From NCBI GenBank assembly GCA_001643675.2, contig LSRY02000039.1, forward strand, positions 434,001-498,000: DNA of 64,000 nucleotides. The letters run 5' to 3'. How positions within the stretch are numbered: the first letter of the stretch is position 1; each line of letters starts with the position of its first letter. The notes below the pieces were generated by a model, which saw nothing but the letters and a program-made list of their open reading frames with translations, did no database searches and was not told the DNA's origin. This DNA is from Monocercomonoides exilis PA203 (Eukaryota > Protista > Preaxostyla). Of this stretch, positions 58,480 through 64,000 are shown piece after piece. A program made the translations under genes and the position numbers.

Positions 58480-61285
58480 GCGAAAGAAGGGATGGGAATG
58501 AATGGAAGCTGGATAGAAGGTGGAGCGATAATGAATGTGAAATCTCCAATATCAGTGACAAATGGAGTTGAATTGGAGTTTTTGAATAGCAGAGTGAGCG
58601 GAGTGACAGTGGAAGGTGGAAGTGGAAAAGGAGGATGCATTGGTACTGAGATAAAAGAAGGAGGTAGCGCGATTGTGAATAACTGCAGTTTTTCATCAAC
58701 ATGCACAGGTGGAGGTGGGACGAAAGGAGGAGGGATGATGATTTCAGTTGAGTGTGGAGGAAGTTTGGAGATTAAAAGCGTAACATTCACAGGATGCCAG
58801 GTGCCAACAGAGGACAGCTTGCAGAAAGGAAGGGGAATTGGAGGAGGGATGTTTGTGAGTTTGGATGAGATGATTGAATCATTTTCGTTGGGGAGCGTGA
58901 TATTTGAAAGATGCAATGCTTGGAAAGGAAAGAAAACATTTGTTTCAGGATGGGATTTGAGTGAGATTGTGAAGAAGGAGCACTTGAAATGGGAGATGAG
59001 TCCAGAGGAGTTGGAGTCATTGGATGAATTGTGTGGATGGGAGAGGAAGACAACAGGAGAGGAGGGATATGTGATCCCATTGGTTGTGTATTTGTGGAGT
59101 AATTGGAGTGGGGATGGGTTTGTATCAGTTGAGAAAGGAGGAGATTTCAGTGGGTGTGGGTTTTCTGAGGCTCCATGTTTATCGATTGACCACTTGATAT
59201 CACTTCGATGCCCAACACTTGGAGAAGGGGAAACACACATCAGCATTGTGGGATCAGGGCTGTTGAGCCATTCCATTTCATTTTCTTTTATTTCATCATC
59301 AATTTCAGGGTCACAAAAAGTGGTGATTGAAGGGACAAAGAAAGGAACAAGTGTGACAATCAGTGATGAAGATGAGAATGATTTGGATGACGGTTCAATG
59401 ATCTCATCGAATGTGAGTCTGTCATTTGTGAATGTTTCATTCACAAAACCCAGCATCACCACCCATCATGAAGTATTTATTGAATCCTCAGGAACAAGTT
59501 CATTATTGTCGGTTGCTGATTGTTCATTTGGTTCATTGACAGGATTGACAGAGACAGCAGGATATTGCCTGATGAGAGTGAATGGAAAAAGTCTTGCAAT
59601 TGAGGATTTCATGCTTTCTGAGTTGAATGTGGCAAAAGGGTTTGTGGAGTTTGGAGCAGAAATGGAGGTGATTTCAGTTGTGAATGTTTCAATATCGAAC
59701 ACAACAATATCAGTGTGTAGCATGATCACGCTGACTGAGGGATCACACAATTTCCAATTCACAAAAAGAAAAGAAAGAAACGTGAACAAAATTGAGAGTG
59801 AATGAGTCAACATTCACAAACATCACATGCTTTGAGAACAGAGCATGCATGATGAGTGTGGGATCATTTTCATCTGGGATGGAATGTGAGATCGAAGGGT
59901 GTGCGCTGACGAAGTGCATGAGTGAGAGGAGCAAAGAAGGAGGAGGGATGAAGATGTGTTTGAAGAGAGGGGAATTAGAATTGAAAGTGAGAGGATGCTC
60001 GTTGGTGATGTGTATGTACTCGACAGCGGATGGGAGAGGAGGAGGACTGATAATTGTTGCACTTGACCCGAAGGGCAGAGGAGCAGGTGCATTTGGGGGT
60101 TTTGGAGTGAGGCTGGAGGGGATGCGATTCATGATGAATGATGCGCATGAGGGGAAGGATGTGTTCATCAGATGTGACTCTATTGACTTGCTGCTGAATG
60201 TGAGATTGTTTGATATGGACTTCAGCCAGGATGCTTTGAAGTCGAATAACTCGATTTGCGGGAGGGATGATATCGAAAAGGTTGATGTTGATCTGATTTC
60301 GCTGATCACATTCCTTTATTCGGTGCAGGTGTTTGTGAATGCAAATGGAAGCGATAGCACGCAGTGCGGAGCACAGGAGAAGCCAAACCAAAGCATTTGG
60401 TGGAGAGTTCGGCATATCTGAAGGAGTGTTGCGAATTTGATTTTTATTAATGGAGAACATATGATTTGTGGAGAGTGTGTGAGATTGGAGATTTATATGT
60501 GAAATCATTGAAAAGAGCGCAGGCATCCATTCATTTCGAATGAAAGATAGAAAAAACATCAGAGGAGGACAGCATCATGAAGTTTGTGAAAGAGAGTGCA
60601 GTGGAGAGATGTATTTTTGTGTTTGGGGAGATGTTTGGGTGAGATGGGGAAAGCATTGTCAAAGAGAAGGATTGGTGATTGGAGATTTCGGAGTGTTTGT
60701 TCAGCTCATGTGGGAAAGGGCAAGTTATGAAGAGCAGGATTGTGAGTGTGGAGAGCAGAGAGCTGAAAATTGCAGAAACAATATTTTACGAGATTTGCAC
60801 CACAGAACCACTTCTATCATCAACATAAGAGGGAAAGATTGTGGTTTTTGATACAAACATTTCAGAGATTGTTAGTAAATGAGAAGTGATTCGCATCGGA
60901 GGGAAGGTTGATATGGAGATGAAGGATGTGAGTTTTGAGAATAACTCTGTTTGTGGGAATGAGAGTGTGATGAAGATGAAAAAAGCCGAAAAGAGAATGA
61001 ATGTGCTGAACTGCTCTTTTTTACTTAATGCAAGGGCACGAACGAAAGAGGGAGAATTTTGAAGATTTGTGAGTGTGTGGATGTACTGATTGAATCATGT
61101 TTGTTTGATGGGAGTGCATAAGTGAGAAATAAACTTCATTTAAATGTGGAAGAAAAAGAGATATGCAGATGGGTGGATCTCTTGTTGATGCTGTGAAGAG
61201 TTCTATTTTGATGAAAGATTAAACAATATCTCATTTGCCAGATGGTGGAATAACAATGAGTGGAGAAAGAATTAGAATTGAAGCA
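58480..61285 (+). pseudogene. Truncated, frameshifted giant-receptor paralogue (mosaic)
   Basis: Aligns with ~32420-35220 of the giant gene; ~58588-59586 is near-identical to ~32519-33517 while the remainder is divergent, with frameshifts (~59800, ~60420) and stops. Confidence 0.9.
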
Positions 61286-61473
61286 GAAAACACTTATCAT
61301 AATTTTCTGAGACTTTTTCACTTTGCTGAAACTACTATTAACAAATCATTTTGTCACAAATCACCATGTGTCCAAATTTTTTTGAAAAGTTCATTTTGTT
61401 TAATTTTTATAATAGAATAAAAAATAACTTTTTTCGATCAAATCACTGTTTTTTCTCATGAAGCTACAATTTA

Positions 61474-62936
61474 ATGGAAAAAATTTACACTATCAAATAA
61501 TAGATACAATAACAGCAAAACTTGGTGAGAGGGAACAGAAATTTTTTCGAAATATGAATATTCATGTTTTTGAAAATTAAACATAAGGAACTTTTCAAAT
61601 CTATCAAGACATCTTATTCCAATATCAAAAGGAATCCACAATAAAAAAAATCTCTTCCACGAAACGTTGATATTCAACGATTGAATGTTTCTTTCAAACA
61701 GCCTCTTCAACCTTTCTTCTCTCCACTTCAATCACTTTATGACACTCACAAATACTCTCCTTCACTCATCTTCAACACTGATGAATCCTCATTTCGTCTC
61801 TCCGACTCCACAAAACAACTAGCCGTTCCTCCTTCAGACGGTCCAGTTGGGTTTTCAAAAGCTCCAATCAACATGCCAAGCGCCACATCGTGCGTTGCGG
61901 TTGCAACTGATGGTTATTCTTTGAATAGCATCGTTTTATGGCCTTCAAAGAAAATTCCAGCCGAACTGCGTGTGATGCTCAGCTCAAAAATAAGCATTTG
62001 GGAAGACAACGATGGCTGGATGACCGACGCAATATTAAGAAGATACGCAGAAGATGTTCTCCTTCCAGGAATCGTGGAAAGACGAACTCTTTTGAACAAA
62101 GATGTTGAAAGATGCCTTCTTCTGCTGGACTCTCATCCATCGAGAGTTCAGCCTGACATTTGGTGAAAATTCTTTGATGCCTCCATCGACGTGGTAACTT
62201 TCATCCCTCACAACACATACCTCACTCAGTCTCTCAACCGTGGAGTATTTGCTTTCTTCAAAAAATGTTTTTACAAGAAATATTTGGGTAATAATTATTG
62301 AAATCATATTTTTCCTGTCAAAATTTTCTGTTTGAATTTGCGTCACCTATATTTTTCAATGAACACTTCAATGTGAAAACACTGTTGTATTTCAAATCTG
62401 CTTTCATATCCATATCAAACTTTGACTAGTGTTATAATTCTGAAACATTTATTATCAAAAAGAACATTATTTCGAAATTAACGAAAAACTTTTCAAAAAA
62501 CAATTCCCCGAAAAAAGTTATGATTTCAGAAACAATCACCCATTTCGTCACTTCTTCGTCATCTGTCTCTCTTCGAATAAAAGCAATTGCAGATGCCCTT
62601 TCTCAGGCTTTGCAAACAGCATTATTGACTGAAACAATGGTTTCATCGTTCATCAAAAGTGGAGTGTTATCAAGCCAATGGCATGCTGTACTTTCCACTA
62701 AACCTGATGAGCCTTCTGTCACACTGAAGATAAAGAACCACAGATTTGATTTTCATGGAAAAATAATTACCGACCAAGATTTTTTGGATGAATGGAGAAA
62801 TCAAATGAAAATGAAAGAAGAGAAGACAATGAATGATGATAATGAAAAAGCTGTGGAAAAAAAATTGTTTGATGACGAAAAACCAAAGAAAAGGAAAACT
62901 CCACGAAAAAAAGTTTTTTTGATGATAATTCTGTAG
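61474..62936 (+). pseudogene. pogo-like DDE_1 transposase relic interrupted by a MITE
   Basis: LIFNTDESS, CVAVATDG, DGWMT, LLLLDSHPSR, FIPHNTYLTQSLNRGVF (third catalytic D lost); TGA at 62164; the frame continues across the MITE 62286-62541. The 5' boundary is approximate. Confidence 0.85.
62286..62541. mobile_element. MITE family A relative (256 bp), TSD ATTT
   Basis: ATTT|GGGTAATAATTATTGAAATCATA...TATGATTTCAGAAACAATCACCC|ATTT; excision with a 4-bp TSD restores ...FYKKYFVTSSSS. Confidence 0.88.
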
Positions 62937-63077
62937 ATGAAAAAAAACAAGAAAATTCCAGAAAAATAGTCAAGAGAGAGATGATTAACTATATTTATTA
63001 CTAGTGTCCTTTTTTTTTTTTTTGATACAAATATGCTTTCGTGAAATAAAAATTTTTTTATTTTTTCATTCCCATAT

Positions 63078-63333
63078 GTGTAATTATTTTTGAAATCATA
63101 TTATCTCAATCAAATATTTTCGTTTTGAATTCATTTTGAATATCAACAAAAAAACACATAAAAACATGCATAGGCTTAATCAAAATATCTTCATTTTCAT
63201 TGAAGTGAAAACATTTGTTATCAAAACAGTTGTGACAATTTTAGCATTTGATAACAAAATCTCTTCTCAAAAACTTTTAATCTTTGAAAAATCGACACCC
63301 CGAAAAAAGATATGATTTCAAAAATAATCACCC
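63078..63333. mobile_element. MITE family A relative (256 bp), TSD ATAT
   Basis: ATAT|GTGTAATTATTTTTGAAATCATA...TATGATTTCAAAAATAATCACCC|ATAT. Confidence 0.85.
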
Positions 63334-63344
63334 ATATAAAAAAA

Positions 63345-63366
63345 TATCCGGATAAAAAAACTACCC
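63345..63366. mobile_element. Probable right TIR of the pogo-like relic (TATCCGGATAAAAAAACTACCC|TA)
   Basis: Lies downstream of the transposase, ends in TA, and matches the termini at 17872 and 22595-22627. Confidence 0.55.
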
Positions 63367-63567
63367 TATTTTATTTTTGAAAATCTTTGAATTCAATATT
63401 CGAGTGTTTTCATTTTAGAAAATATTGAAGGAACAATTTCATAAAAAGATATAAAAAATTCGTAATTGTTTTTTATTCTCAATTAACAGGGAAAAAAAGA
63501 AATATAGTTTTTTATTTCTTATTTGTTAATATGAGAAAGTCCAATTGCTCTATGAATTTTTGCAAAT

Positions 63568-63744
63568 GGGTGATTATTTTTGAAAACATAACTTTTTTCG
63601 GGGAGCTTATTTTTTCAGATATTGTTTGTATTTGGGAAGAGATTTTGTGTTCAAATGCAAAATTCATCATGACTGGTTTTATAACAATTTTTTCAGCACA
63701 TATAAAAAGGCTGATGTCTATTATTTGTCTTTTCATTTTTCAGC

Positions 63745-63784
<40 letters not shown>

Positions 63785-63853
63785 CGATATTCGAGGGAAA
63801 CTTACGAACCGTAATTTTTGATTGAAGAAATATGCTTTCAAAAATTATTACAC
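63568..63853. mobile_element. MITE family A relative with internal poly-T expansion
   Basis: AAAT|GGGTGATTATTTTTGAAAACATA...TATGCTTTCAAAAATTATTACAC|ATAT. Confidence 0.8.
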
Positions 63854-64000
63854 ATATTTTTTTATTCAAAATCACAATTCGAACTGTTTTTGATTTTTCA
63901 GAAAACAACACTCATCAAAATGATCAAATGAAATACAAAAATAATTAGTATTATCAATACATCTTAAATACCAAATGTTGTTATATTATTAATTCAATTT

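Noticed and set aside
1-64000. tRNA, rRNA, CRISPR array, retrotransposon or viral (Polinton/virophage) genes
   Set aside because: None recognised by eye: no RT, integrase, pPolB, capsid or ATPase motifs. tRNAscan-SE/Infernal would be needed to exclude small RNAs.

Overview
AT-rich eukaryotic DNA with short GT-AG introns and the standard genetic code. Gene content and gene families suggest an anaerobic metamonad such as the oxymonad Monocercomonoides (inference). The left third carries ordinary genes: an expanded NAA35/Mak10 that runs off the window, a PH plus coiled-coil protein, an ABHD1/2/3-type alpha/beta hydrolase, a hypothetical protein, and one intact plus two decayed copies of a lineage-specific multicopy gene. 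A pogo-type element (25151-27677) sits just upstream of a ~2,980-aa receptor-like protein (beta-helix/Cys-rich ectodomain, TM helix, degenerate kinase C-lobe). The most striking feature is an ~18-kb compound transposon (40098-58068). It has GG...CC ends, a perfect 8-bp target-site duplication (ACTTTTAT) and ~4.7-kb near-identical inverted arms, each with a dead Merlin/IS1595-type transposase. Its core is a second Merlin transposase split into three pieces by two further TIR elements with 8-bp TSDs, which carry captured host gene fragments, including pieces of the giant receptor family ('Pack-Merlin'-like). The right end holds a mosaic receptor pseudogene with a ~1-kb near-identical tract shared with the intact receptor, a second pogo relic, and several MITEs with 4-bp TSDs.
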